A stretch of DNA of 64,000 nucleotides, taken from Eledone cirrhosa (lineage: Eukaryota). The translations under genes were made by a program, and so were the position numbers. Of this stretch, positions 28,301-41,571 are shown one piece after another. The stretch is from the NCBI GenBank assembly GCA_964016885.1, contig OZ024743.1, positions 355,942,001 to 356,006,000 of the forward strand, read 5' to 3'. Under the pieces are notes generated by a model. The model was not told the DNA's origin, did not search any database, and saw nothing but the letters and a program-made list of their open reading frames with translations. Numbering within the stretch: position 1 is the first letter of the stretch; every line of letters begins with the position of its first letter.

Positions 28301-29670
28301 ACACCACAGTTCATCAATCAGTACAGCTAGGTGTCAGTAATAGGTACCAGATCAATATAATTCAATCTCACACCTCAGTTCACCAATCAGTACACCTAGG
28401 TGTCAGTAATAGGTACCAGATCAATATAGTTCAATCTCACACCACAGTTCACCAATCAATACACCTAGGTGTCAGTAATAGATACTAGATCAATATAGTT
28501 CAGTCTCACATCAGAGTCAACCAATCAATACAGCTATATATATCAGTAATAGGTACCAGATCAATATAGTTCAATCTCACACCACAGTTCATCAATCAGT
28601 ACAGCTAGGTGTCAGTAATAGGTACCAGATCAATATAGTTCAATCTCACACCACAGTTCATCAATCAGTACAGCTAGGTGTCAGTAATAGGTACCAGATC
28701 AATATAATTCAATCTCACACCTCAGTTCACCAATCAGTACACCTAGGTGTCAGTAATAGGTACCAGATCAATATAGTTCAATCTCACGCCACAGTTCATC
28801 AATCAGTACAGCTAGGTGTCAGTAATAGGTACCAGATCAATATAGTTCCAATCTCACACCACAGTTCATTAATCAGTACAGCTAGGTGTCAGTAATAGGT
28901 ACCAGATCAATATAGTTCAATCTCACGCCACAGTTCATCAATCAGTACAGCTAGGTGTCAGTAATAGGTACCAGATCAATATAGTTCAATCTCACACCAC
29001 AGTTCATTAATCAGTACAGCTAGGTGTCAGTAATAAGTACCAGATCAATATAGTTCCAATCTCATACCACAGTTCATTAATCAGTACAGCTAGGTGTCAG
29101 TAATAGGTACCAGATCAATATAGTTCCAATCTCACACCACAGTTCATCAATCAGTACAGCTAGGTGTCAGTAATAGGTACCAGATCAATATAGTTCAATC
29201 TCACACCACAGTTCATCAATCAGTACAGCTAGGTGTCAGTAATAGGTACCAGATCAATATAGTTCAATCTCAGACTACAGTTCATTAATTAGTACAGCTA
29301 GGTGTCAGTAATAGGTACCAGATCAATATAGTTCAATCTCACACCACAGTTCATCAATCAGTACAGCTAGGTGTCAGTAATAGGTACCAGATCAATATAG
29401 TTCAATCTCACACCACAATTCATCAATCAGTACAGCTAGGTGTCAGTAATAGGTACCAGATCAATATAGTTCAATCTCATACCACAATTCATCAATCAGT
29501 ACAGCTAGGTGTCAGTAATAGGTACCAGATCAATATAGTCCAATCTCACACCACAGTTCATTAATCAGTACAGCTAGGTGTCAGTAATAGGTACCAGATC
29601 AATATAGTCCAATCTCACACCACAGTTCATTAATCAGTACACCTAGATATTAGTAATAGGTACCAGATTA
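25376..29670. repeat. 69/70-bp minisatellite B, about 62 copies
   Basis: Unit TCAATCTCACACCACAGTTCATCAATCAGTACAGCTAGGTGTCAGTAATAGGTACCAGATCAATATAGT; period checked at 26821 and 26890. Confidence 0.98.
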
Positions 29671-29812
29671 ATGTTGCCCAGGTTCCAAAGCAGCTGGATA
29701 ATAGTAACAGGTACCAAATTGAACTGGCTCAGTCCAACACCAGTCTACCAATAAATACACTTTGTTGTCAATATTAGGTATCATAGGTAAAATGGATTTC
29801 ACTATAGCTTAA

Positions 29813-30030
29813 CCTTTTAGATACCAAATCCTCTAAAAATGTTTAAAGTATTTATATTTATCTAAAGACCATCCATTATAATTATATGCAAGAAACTGTG
29901 TTATGTTCCAACCACCAGTTCAATAATAAGAAAGTTAGTTATATTACTAAGTTCATTTGAATCCTTGATTATTTTCAAATGTTTTTGAAAATCATAGGTA
30001 ATGTCTTTCATCAGAAAGATAAGGAAAGGG
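29813..30030. mobile_element. piggyBac-like MITE family 2
   Basis: TTAA|CCTTT..AAAGGG|TTAA; related pieces at about 23040-23090, 32396-32880, 44088-44540 and 61692-62084. Confidence 0.65.
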
Positions 30031-30445
30031 TTAATGCTATAAAAAATGAGAAAAAATTATCTATAACTCATTTTTAACAACCATACCACATATCACCCAG
30101 CATGGAAAAAAAAATTAGATTGGTAATTCTATAATACTATCAGCATCAAATACATAGCAGTCTGGATTCACAAATAATTTTTATACTTGACATCACCACA
30201 CTCACACACACTTATATATATACTAGCTAAAGTAAATTTGAATACATAGAAGAAAAACGTACTTTATGTAAACATGAAAACCTTAGGCACCATTCCAGTG
30301 AAATAATTAATATGTGAGCTCGGTGTCATCCGTTATACCATGTAACAACAGAAATCCAGTCTAGGTATAAATTTTTTTGACAACAGTAAAAGCGCATCAT
30401 GAAATAGAGAAGTGAAGTGAATAATAGACACTATTATGTACATAG

Positions 30446-30628
30446 GGCAGTGGATTGGCAGTATTGGTAGAGGGTCGGACGCCATCTTTCGAGCATAGTT
30501 ACGTCCCTTTACGGTCTGAGTTCAAATCCTGCCGAGGTTAACTTTGCCTTTCATCCTTACGGGGTCGATAAAATAAAGTACTAGTAATACACTGGGTAAT
30601 TGCTGGCCTTGTGCCAAAAGTAGAAACA
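30446..30628 (+). mobile_element. SINE-A with 13-14-bp TSD
   Basis: ATTATGTACATAG(G) at 30433 and 30629. Confidence 0.92.
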
Positions 30629-30744
30629 ATTATGTACATAGGTTGGAATAACAATACAGATTGGACATAACAGGGGGGAACTGATGGATGAGCAAATCGT
30701 TATAAAAAGAGGTGGATGTTGGGTGGGAGCACTCATTGTCTTTT

Positions 30745-31637
30745 GGATTATTGAACACAACATTTTTGGTTTTCCTGTCAGGAGCATAAATAAATAGGTT
30801 GTCAGGATTACCAACTCGAGAACAGCCAACGTAAAACTGACCATGTGAAAAGCAATGGGTTCGAAGATCCAGACCAACAACTTTAAGAGATTGGCCTTGA
30901 GATTTGTTTATGGTCATTGCAAAATTAAGCTTGAGTGGGAATTGTAACCTTTTCATGAGAAATGGACAATCAGAAGAGTTAAAGGAATTTTGAGAATAAA
31001 AACAGATTCATTTCGCCCGGGTCCTGTGATTATTTCTGCCTCAATTACAAGGTTCATCAGTTGCTTTACCACCAGCCTTGTTCCATTACAAAGAAAGAGG
31101 GGGGGGGGTTAAATTACGTAGCAGGATAACAGGAGCTCCAACTTTTAGATACAACTCGTGAGGAGGTCGTCCTGGAGGATCCCGAGAGTTAAGAAACTCT
31201 GTTGGAAAGTTGGTCACTTGATTAAAGTCTGTAACAGTGTCAACTGACTTGTAACAGCATTGAATAGCGGGCAACTGACCAACTACTTCGTGATTGATCA
31301 GCTTAACAGCAGCATTTGTGGGTGCAAGAATAGCCCTCTCACAAAGCCAATCAGGATTCATGAATTCAGTTGAAAGATTTGGATAAACTTAAGAACATAA
31401 GTCATCGGGCGTTGAGAATGAGCGGCCAATGCTAGAAGTGTCAATGTATCCATTGTCATCAGACTCAAGTTGACCATCACCGATTTCGAGTTGAGTGGAA
31501 AATGGCGTAGACGGACGACCAGTTTGTAATAGCGATCGCATATTAATTGTTAGTTTTTGTACCTCAACAAACTGCCAAAAATAGGACTTTTTTAAGCAGG
31601 CGTCCACTTCATCAGCAGGTGATCCATTTGGTACCAT
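30745..31637 (-). pseudogene. Helitron RepHel PIF1-family helicase C-terminal fragment, frameshifted
   Basis: LTINMR, RAILAPTN, FPTEFLNS..PPHELYLKVGAPVILLRNL, RLQFPLKLNFAMTINKSQGQSL, FSHGQFYVGCSRV. Confidence 0.93.
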
Positions 31638-32885
31638 GGGAAGGTCTGTTATGACATCACTTAATGTATTAACACCAAGCTTGAAACGCTAAATTATACA
31701 ATGTCAAATCTATAACTTAACTTAGTAATCTGTTAGAAATTGCTGGTTGTGAAATATACAAAATGATATTGTTAGTCTCAAGGAAGCGTACCTTTTGTTT
31801 CAAGTACAAAGAGTAAAGTAAAATCCGAATGAGCTGAATTGTAATAATCAAAATCCCAAAACAAAATTTTTGACAACATCAAAAATGAGTTCCTATTGTA
31901 TTGACGAAAGATAACTTTTGTCTTACTTAATCAAGAAAATTGACACAAATAACCGAAACTTTTTTAATGTCTCCAAAGGCCCCAATATCGATTTTTGAAA
32001 GCCTTTGTAGATCATGTACAGGTTTTGTGCAAGGAGAAGCTCTGTAAAAAATTTCAAAGAATCGCATGAATGGTTTAGAATATATGAGGCCTCATAAAAA
32101 ATTGTCCACACACACACACAGAGAAAACTTCAGCTTTGTATATACAGATATTGTTTGTAACTTCTTCCATGGGAACTATGATTTTTCTTTATTATAATTA
32201 CAGAAAAATCAGTGTATTGTCTGAGGGGTATATTTCAAACAAACCTGAAAACATATTAAAGAAAATATTAGTGCAGACAGAAACAAACATATATCATCAT
32301 CATCATCATCATCACACACATTTCCAATGGACTTTAATTAGATGAACAACAAATGAAATAGATATTTATAAAAGCAAAACAATGCTAATACAACATTAAC
32401 TCTTTGATTGCCATATTCCTAATGCCTGTGACTTTCAAGTCATTTCGAAAATATTTAAGAATTTGGAGGGATTAGGTAATATAACCAACCTTCTCATTAT
32501 TAACACCTTTGATAGCAAACTGCCTAAAACTGTCATGGGTTCTATGATACAAAACTGCTTGCTTTAAAATGTTCATATTTATTTAAAAACCGTCCATCAA
32601 AATTTTTATGAAAAATGTTTTCAAACCAAGTTGCATAAAACTGCCCCTGGTTTTGTGATCAAAACTGTTTGTTTTGAAGTGTCTATAATATCTAAAAAAA
32701 CATTCATCATAATTTTATATAAGAACCCTTATTAAGTGATGTTCCAAATACCAACTTAACTCCTTTATTACCATATTTCTAATTAAAAACATATGTGTCT
32801 TTGATTATCAAATCATTTTGAAAATAATCAAGAATTTGGAAGCATTTAGTAAAATAATTTGGTGTTTGGAACATAACAAATCTTA

Positions 32886-33651
32886 CCGTATATACTCAAA
32901 TATAAGCTGAGGAATATGTGACAAAAAAAAAATCAAGTGTGAAATAGAAGTGGGGTGCTTATATCCGAGGTCAATATTTTAACAATTTTCACTATTTCAA
33001 ATTCTACATAAATAAAATGCTAAAATATCTGGAGTGATTATGAAACACTGTTTTTCTACATTTACTTTGTCATTGGTGTTATTTATGCATTCCCTTGAAA
33101 ATATTTTTAACAGATTTATTTAATTTTAACTTTTTAATACATAAATATCCCATACACACACACGTTTTTCTCTAACTTAATATTACTTTACTTTCAATCT
33201 CATATAAGATTGAAATCTTACTTCTGATTTATTTGCTCTTGCTCTCTCCCTCCCTTCTCATCCTGCCTCTCTTCTCTCTCACTTACTGTCCCTCCCTCCC
33301 TCTTATAATCTATGTATGTTCCTTTATACAACGTTCTCTTATTCAATCTCTTACTTTCAAAGTAGTCCTAGCATGTGAGTGGTCAGAAGTAAACAAAAAT
33401 TGTTGAAAGTTAACGTAATGGAAACTCATTATGTAATGCAGTTGTGAATCAAAAACTATATCCTAAACGATACTTAAAACATTCTAAACATCAAAATAAC
33501 TTCATAAATATATTTTATACTCACAAGAATTTCAAAACTACACCATTTAAACATGTGTTGATTAGCAGCCTCAGCTTATAAAAGGGTTTAAATTTTGCCC
33601 ATTTCTAAGACATAAAATTGAGGGTCAGCTTATATATTCAAATGTATTTGG
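32886..33651. mobile_element. Non-autonomous pogo/Tc2-like DNA transposon
   Basis: TA|CCGTATATACTCAAATATAAGCTGA .. TCAGCTTATATATTCAAATGTATTTGG|TA imperfect TIRs, subterminal GCTTATA repeats. Confidence 0.7.
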
Positions 33652-33677
33652 TAAGTTTATATATATATATATATATA

Positions 33678-35375
33678 TCATCATCATCATCATCATTGTT
33701 TAAGACGGGAATTGTCCCACTTGAGGCAAGATTGGTTGTCTCGCTTGTATGGGACTGTGTGGCAGGTTTTCTACGGCTGGATGACCTTCCCAACACCAAC
33801 CACGTTTACAGTGTGGACTCGGAGGTTTTTACCATGTTACCTACACGGCCACATTACAGCGTGGACTGTGTATTTTTTGTCGTGACACCTACACAACCTC
33901 ATTTATTTAGGACTGGATGTTGTGGTACCAACATAACTTTACAGAGAAAGGGGTGGTGTTGATGGGGGTGGGGGAGTTGGGGTAGTGAGAAGGGGGTGTA
34001 TATTTGATTAAGAGGTGCCTACTGACTGTAGGTTTTGCTTTGTACTTAGGCAAGGCGGGTTTTCTGTATTACTGCGTAGCGCCAAAGATCTTGGCCCAGT
34101 GACATTGTCTTAGAGAGGTGTAAGTGTGTAAGGTCGGAATTTATCAAATCGTCCCAGGTTTTTCTGGGTCTACCTACTCCATAACTTCCGTCAATTTTGA
34201 TCGCCCTGCACTTTTTTTATACAGCTGTCATCTTTCATGCACATCACGTGACCATACCAACGTAGACTTCTCTCGAGTAAACAGCATCTTAGTTCATTTA
34301 TACTTATTACTATTACACATCCAGCGGAGCATGCATGCTTCGTTCCTCTCCAGTCTGTGCAGATCCTCTGTACACAATGCCCATGTCTCACTGCCATGTA
34401 ACATAGCTGTTCGTATGCAGGCATCATACAGTCTGCCTTTCATTTTTAGAGAGAAACCTTTAGCAGCCAATAGTGGTATAAGCTCTCTGAAGTTTTTCCA
34501 TCCAGTTCTGACTCTAGCTACTGTACTTTCGGAGCAATCTCCACCACTACTGATTTTGTCACCCAGGTAACGGAAGGTGTCCACTATTTCTATAGAACCA
34601 TCTGGGCAGTAGAAGGAGCTAGTATCTTGTGGGCACTTGCTACTTATTACACCTGATCACCAGCCACATATAAAATCTACGTTCTTAGATAGCTTACCTG
34701 TGATCCCACTACATCTTTTATGCACCAATACTTTGCATTTGGGACATAAAATGCTATTTCTGCCTACTCCTTTCCTACATACTGAGCATGGCCATTTCCC
34801 AGAGGAGACCTGTGCCCTATTTTCTTCCTACATACTAGAACTTTAGTCTTAGACAAGTTAACATTAAGGCCTTTTGATTCTAAGCCATGCTTCCATGTTT
34901 GGAATTTCTTCTCTAGTTCATCCATCAATTCAGCTATGAGTGTTAGATCAACTGCATAGAGAAGTTCCCATGGGCAGCCGGTCTTGAACTCCTCTGTTAT
35001 AGCCTGAAGGGCAATAATAAACAGGAGGGGGCTAAGGATAGAGCCCTGATGAACACCAACTTTTACGCTAAATTCTTCACTATATTCATTGTTAATTCTA
35101 ACCTTGCTGACTGTTTCTTTATACATGGTTTGTATAGCTCTCACAAGCCATTCATCAACCCCTAGTTTTCTAAGGGCCCACCAGATAATGGTCATGGGGA
35201 CTCTGTCAAATGCTTTCTCCAAGTCAACAAAAGCTAAGTATAGGGGGTTTACTTTTAGCTAGGTACTTCTCTGTAGTTGTTGTACAAGGAAAAGGGCGTC
35301 TATGGTACTTTTACCTGACACAAACCCAAACTGCATTTCGTCTAGATCAATTTGCTCTGATAAGTTGCACTATAA
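33678..35375 (-). mobile_element. RTE LINE family A-related, 5'-truncated, disrupted RT
   Basis: EKAFDRVP, GVHQGSILSPLLF, LLYAVDL, FRYLG, 3'UTR and (GAT)n tail. Confidence 0.95.
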
Positions 35376-35391
35376 CATATATATATATTTA

Positions 35392-35490
35392 CAGGGTGTC
35401 ACAAAAAATGTATACACACTTCAACAGCATTCCAATAAATATTGCCTGTACAGGTAATAAAAGTATGTTTACATTTTTCGGGACACCCTG
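35392..35490. mobile_element. 99-bp Tc1/mariner-type MITE
   Basis: TA|CAGGGTGTCACAAAAAATGTATACACACTT .. AAGTATGTTTACATTTTTCGGGACACCCTG|TA. Confidence 0.88.
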
Positions 35491-35508
35491 TATGTATATA
35501 TATATGTA

Positions 35509-36176
35509 TAACAGTAATATACGCGAACGGCAAAGCATAAACGAACTAAGGGAAAAATTAGAAACAAGAGGGATCAGATGTTGTTTACTCGAGAGAAGGC
35601 TACGTTGGTATGGTCACGTGATGCGCATGAAAGACGACAGCTGTATAAAAAAGTGCAGGGCAATAAAGATAGACGGTAGCCACGGAGTAGGCAGACCCAG
35701 AAAAACCTGGGACGACCTGATAAATTCCGACCTCACACACTTACACCTCTCCAAGACAATGTCACTGGACCGAGATCTTTGGCAGTACTCAGTAATAGAG
35801 AAGACCCGCCTTACCTAAATACAAAGTAAAACCTACTACAGTCAGTAGGCATCTCAAACAAAATACACCCCCCCCCCCCCATCCACACCGCCCCTTTCAA
35901 TGTAAAGTTATGTTGGTGCCACAACATCCAGGCCGAAACAAATGAGATCGTGTAGGTGTCACGACAAAAAAACACACAGTCCACGCTGTAATGTGGCCAT
36001 GTAGGCAACACGGTAAAACCTCCCAGTCCCACACTGTAAATGTGGTTGGTGTTAGGAAGGGCATCCAGCTGTGGAAAACCCGCCAGACAGTCCTATGCGA
36101 GCAAGACAACCACTCTTGCCTCAAGTGGGAAAAATCCCATCTAAACCCATGCAAGCGTGGAACATGGACGTTAAAC

Positions 36177-36209
<33 letters not shown>
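35509..36209 (+). mobile_element. RTE LINE family A, 5'-truncated
   Basis: RRLRWYGHV..GRPRKTW, 3'UTR, (GAT)n. Confidence 0.95.
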
Positions 36210-36334
36210 ATATGTATACATATATATTTCGAAGAGATTGTTTTTGTAAAAACAGGAGCAAGTAGGAGAAAGCTCTCAGCATTCGTAGTTTGTAGTTACA
36301 ATAGAGATTCAGCATCTTTATTAATGTTATTATT

Positions 36335-36530
36335 ATTATTGGCAGTATCAGTAGAGGGTTGGACACCATGCTTTCCAGCATAGTTAAGTCCCCTTACGGT
36401 CTTAGTTCAAATCCCATTGAGGTTAACTTTACCTTTCATCCTTACAAGGTCGATAAACTAAAGTACCAGTAATGCACTGGTGAATTGCTGGCCTTGTGCC
36501 AAAAGTAGAAACAATTATTATTATTATTAT
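36335..36530 (+). mobile_element. SINE-A
   Basis: Consensus match with (ATT)n tail. Confidence 0.85.
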
Positions 36531-36547
36531 TATATATATGACAAAAT

Positions 36548-36672
36548 AAATTTTAGCCTAATAGTGGGGTTTAGAACCATCAAAGAAATGGAAAAAGATG
36601 AGTATTGACGTACAATACTGATCTTTTTCCATTTCTTTGAGGGTTCTAAACACCACTGTCAGGCTAAAATTT
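36548..36672. repeat. Fold-back hairpin, 60-bp arms, 5-nt loop
   Basis: 55 of 60 positions Watson-Crick complementary by hand alignment. Confidence 0.92.
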
Positions 36673-38247
36673 CTTTAGTAAAAAATAAAGTGAAAGCTTG
36701 ATTCTGAACCTCTTGTAATTCTAATGATGGATATTATATACATGAGGCCTAAATATTAATTTAAAATTGTTCTAATCCACATGTCCACTTCATTGTTTAT
36801 GCCATCCCTAGAGTAACTCAGGGGAAACCACTTTGAAAATAAATTTGCTTTGTGCATGATAGAATGCATGACCAAACCAATAGAAATGCTTTTTTAGTAG
36901 AGGTTATTGAATGGAATCAATTCTGGAGTTTGACATAGAAGCCAACATATGTTATGGAGGATTTGGCTAAAGGAAAAATAGTCAAATACATCCAGTTTGT
37001 ATAAACCCATCATTCTCACTAGCAATGTTCTTTCTAAGTTACCCACTTGTGTGGCCACACAGTTGCTCTATTGTTGCCAGACAGTAGTTTTGATGTTGCC
37101 ATACAATAGCTTTGAAGTGTTGCTGTGAAATATTGCTGTGTAGCAGCTTTGAATTCAAAACAATTTTACAGAAAGCATCAACTGTTTTGCTCATTGGTTG
37201 GGACAAATTAGAGGGAAATTGGTTCATTGGTCATATCCAGCAGTGAGGCCCCATCACCAAGGGAGGATGTGGGGACTGGATACCACAGCCTCCTGCACAC
37301 ACACACACACACACACTTATCAATGGTGCATGCTGAAATGCTCAAATTTAGAAACATTTATGGTGAAAAACTTATTCTGAAATTCCGCCTTGAAATTACT
37401 GTGAATTAGAGTGCCTAACTAGAATGTTCTGATGAAGAGCACTAAAGTTTTACAGCCATATACAAAAGAATGGCATGAAGGAATGGACCAGGCAGCAACC
37501 CATGTGTTGTTGCTTTGTCTCTTTCTGTCCACCAATCTTATGTGGGTGGAGTGGGGGGAAATTGTCCTCCTTCCTCTGACTAAGCCATAAAACAAACACA
37601 ATATTACAAAATTAAAAAAAAATGTTAAATTTAAGTAAAACCAAAAAAAAAAAAACCCTGCAAATATGGACACACAGCTGTGTCATGGTTTATCTAACAG
37701 ATTTCACTCTTTATTTATTATCACTATTAATTATTAAACCCACCCTACACAACTTTTGTTTTTATTATGATTTATATTGTTAAACAAATTATACCCCAAC
37801 ATTTTGCATCGTTACACTTTCTTCTAATTACAATAAATTAAATCTAATTTCATTTCATTTCTCTTTCCAGTTATTACAACCTACCCACCCACCCACCCAC
37901 CGTTCTCTCCTCTTACAGTGCTTCTATTACCAATACCCACCCACACTTTCTTGTGCTTGCTGATTTCTCATTTCTATCTAATTATATAGGAACCTTCTCT
38001 CTTTCATTCAAGTAACTACTCTCTTACTTACTCTTCCCCCCTCTTTCTCTCATTCCCTTTCTATGTGAATATGTGTTTGTATACACATATACACATGACC
38101 AAATGCAATTTACTATTATTTCATATATGCGTGTGTGTGTGTGTGTGAGAGAGAGAAAGACTGTCTGTGTGTGTGTACTTATACATATATACATATAAAT
38201 ATATATATATATATACATATATACATATTATATATATATATATATTT

Positions 38248-39729
38248 ATTAACAACGAATATAGTGAAGAGTTTAGCGTAAAAGTTGGTGTTCATCAGGG
38301 CTCTGTTCTTAGCCCCCTACTATTTATTATTGCCCTTCAGGCTATAACAGTGGAGTTCAAGACCGGCTGCCCATGGGAACTCCTATACGCAGATGATCTA
38401 GCGCTCATAGCTGAATCAATGGCCGAGCTAGAGAAGAAATTCCAAACATGGAAGCACGGCCTAGAATCAAAAGGCCTTAAAATTAACCTGGCTAAGACTA
38501 ATGTTCTAGTTTGTAGGAAAGAAAATAAGGCGCCGGTCCCTTCCGGGAAATGGCCATGCTCAGTGTGTAGGAAAGGCGTAGGTAGAAACTCCATTTTATG
38601 TCCCAAATGCAAAGTATGGGTGCATAAAAGATGTAGTGGGATCACAGGTAAGCTAACTAAGAACATAGATTTTACATGTAGCCGGTGCTCTGGTGCAATA
38701 AGTAGCAGCAAGTGCCCACAAAATACTAGCTCTTTCAACTGCGCAGAGGGTTCTATAGAAATAGTGGACAGCTTCCGTTACCTGGGTGACAAAATCAGCA
38801 GTGGGGGAGGGTGCTCTGAATGTACAGTAGCTAGAGTCAGAACTGGATGGAAAAAGTTCAGAGAGCTTATACCACAATTAGCCGCTAAAGGGTTCTCCCT
38901 AAAAATGAAAGGCAGGTTGTATGATGCCTGCATACGAACAGCAATGTTGCATGGCAGTGAGACCTGGGCATTGTGTGCAGAGGATATACGCAGACTAGAG
39001 AGGAACGAAACTTGCATGCTCCGCTGGATGTGTAATAGTAATATACGTGAACAGCAAAGCATAAACGAACTAAGGAAAAAAATTAGAAATAAGAGGGATC
39101 AGATGTTGTTTACTCGAGAGAAGGCTACGTTGGTATGGTCACGTGATGCGCATGAAAGACGACAGCTGTATAACAAAGTGCAGGGCAATAAAGATAGACG
39201 GTAGCCACGGAGTAGGCAGACCCAGAAAAACCTGGGACGACCTGATAAATTCCGACCTCGCACACTTACACCTCTCCAAGACAATGTCACTGGACCGAGA
39301 TCTTTGGCGGTACTCAGTAATAGAGAAGACCTGCCTTACCTAAATACAAAGTAAAACCTACTGCAGTCAGTAGGCATCTCTAACAAAATACACCCCCGTC
39401 CCACCACCCCCACCCAATCCACACCGCCCCTTTCAATGTAAAGTTATGTTGGTGCCACAACATCCAGGCCGAAACAAATGAGATCATGTAGGTGTCACGA
39501 CAAAAAAAACACACAGTTCACGCTGTAATGTGGCCGTGTAGGCAACATGGTAAAAACCTCCCAGCCCCACACTGTAAATGTGGTTGGTGTTAGGAAGGGC
39601 ATCCAGCTGTAGAAAACCCGCCTGACAGTTCTATGGGAGCAAGACAACCACTCTTGCCTCAAGTGGGAAAACTCCCGTCCAAACCCATGCAAGCGTGGAA
39701 CATGGACGTTAAACGATGATGATGATGAT
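38248..39729 (+). mobile_element. RTE LINE family A, 5'-truncated, RT C-terminal half nearly intact
   Basis: QGSVLSPLLF, YADD, C4HC3 finger, FRYLG; one frameshift in the A-run near 39080; 3'UTR and (GAT)n. Confidence 0.97.
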
Positions 39730-39751
39730 ATATATATATAATATATATATA

Positions 39752-39807
<56 letters not shown>

Positions 39808-39817
39808 ATATATATAT

Positions 39818-39852
<35 letters not shown>

Positions 39853-39867
39853 TATATATATATTATT

Positions 39868-41571
39868 ACTGGAAGCTGTCATACCAAAGGATTGGTACAG
39901 TAGCATCATTGTCAACTGTTACAAAGGTAAAGGTGATGCACTAGATAGAGGAAACTATAGAGGTATAAAGGTGATGGACCAGGTCATGAAAGTAACAGAA
40001 AGAGTTATAGCACAGTTGATTAGGGACCAGGTGAAACTAGATGAGATGCAATTTGGGTTTGTACCAGGAAGAGGCACCACTGATGCCCCCTTTCTTGTGA
40101 GGCAGTTACAGGAAAAGTACCTAGCTAAAAGTAAGTCACTTTACGTGCTATAATCTGGTGGGCTCTTAGAAAACCAGGAGTAGATGAATGGTTCGTGAAA
40201 GCTGTACAAGCCATGTATAGGGGAGCAGTCAGCAAAGTTAGGATTAGCAATGAGTATAGCAAGGAATTTAGCGTACAGGTCGGTGTCCACCAGGGCTCTG
40301 TTCTTAGCCCTCTCCTGTTCATCATAGTCCTGCAGGCAATAACGGAGGAGTTTAAGACCGGACGCCCATAGGAACTCCTGTATGCAGATGACCTCGCACT
40401 TATAGCTGAATCTATGGTAGAACTAGAGAAGAAATTCCAAACTTGGAAGCAGGGACTAGAAAGAAAGGGTCTCAAAGTCAACCTGACAAAGACTAAGGTC
40501 CTTGTAAGTAGACTAGAAAACAGAACTCAGATCCCCTCAGGGAAATGGCCTTGCTCAGTATGTAGGAAAGGTGTAGGTAGGAACTCCATTCTCTGCCCCA
40601 AATGCAAACATTGGGTACACAAGAGATGTAGCAGGATCTCAGGAAGCTTAATTAAGAATGTAGGCTTCACATCTTGCAGCTGTGCTGGGACAGCAAGCAG
40701 CAAACAGCCACAGGAAACAAGTACCACCAATCTCTGGGAGGGCTCTGTAGAAACAGTAGACAGCTTCTGTTACCTAGATGACCGAATTAGCAGCGGAGGT
40801 GGGTGTTCAGAAAGTACAATAACTAGGGTAAGAACGGGATGGAAGAAGTTCAGGGAACTACTGCCACTGCGAGCTGCAAAAGGCTTTTCCCTCAAAATGA
40901 AAGGCAGACTGTATGATGCGTGTATACGAATGGCAATGTTACATGGTAGTGAGACCTGGGCGCTGAATGTGGAAGACTTGCATAGATTAGAAAGAAACGA
41001 AGCCTGCATGCTCTGATGGATGTTTAATAGTACTATACGCGAATGGCAAAGCATAAATGAATTGAGAGAGAGACTGAGCATAAGAGGAATCAAACATTGT
41101 GTACAGGAGAGGCGGTTGCGTATGAAGGATGACAGCTGCATAAAAAGGTGCAGAGCACCCACTAGAAGTCAATGGAAACTGCGGAGTGGGGAGACCCAAG
41201 AAGACCGTGGATGAGGTGATAAAAGCCGACCTTACCCAATTACACCTCTCAAAGGCGATGACCTCTGGCGTCATGCAGTAATACAGAGTACCCGACCTCC
41301 CATGGGAACAAGCCGAAGCTGAAGCATATAGACAATATGCCCCCACACCCTCCCACTGCAAAGTGGTCGTGGAGGTGCCACGGCAAAAAAGCACCCAGCC
41401 CACACTGCAAAGTGGACGTGTAGGCGCCACGGAAAAAAAGCACCCAGCACTCACTGTAAATGAGGTTGGTGTTAGGAAGGGCATCCAGCTGTAGAAATCA
41501 AGCCAGAATCAGTTCCCGTCCCACCCTTGCAAGCAGGGAAAAAGCGGACGTAAAATGAAATGATGATGATA
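39868..41571 (+). mobile_element. RTE LINE family B, 5'-truncated
   Basis: YKGKGD..NYRGI, QFGFVPGRGTTDA, YADD; distinct 3'UTR ending CCCTTGCAAGCAGGG..(GAT)n. Confidence 0.95.

Larger units (their letters stand above)
30222..32148 (-). mobile_element. Internally deleted Helitron
   Basis: Minus strand starts TCTGTATATACAAAGCTGAAG..(TG)n, ends with a candidate CTAG|T near 30222, and encloses helicase remnants. Confidence 0.65.
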
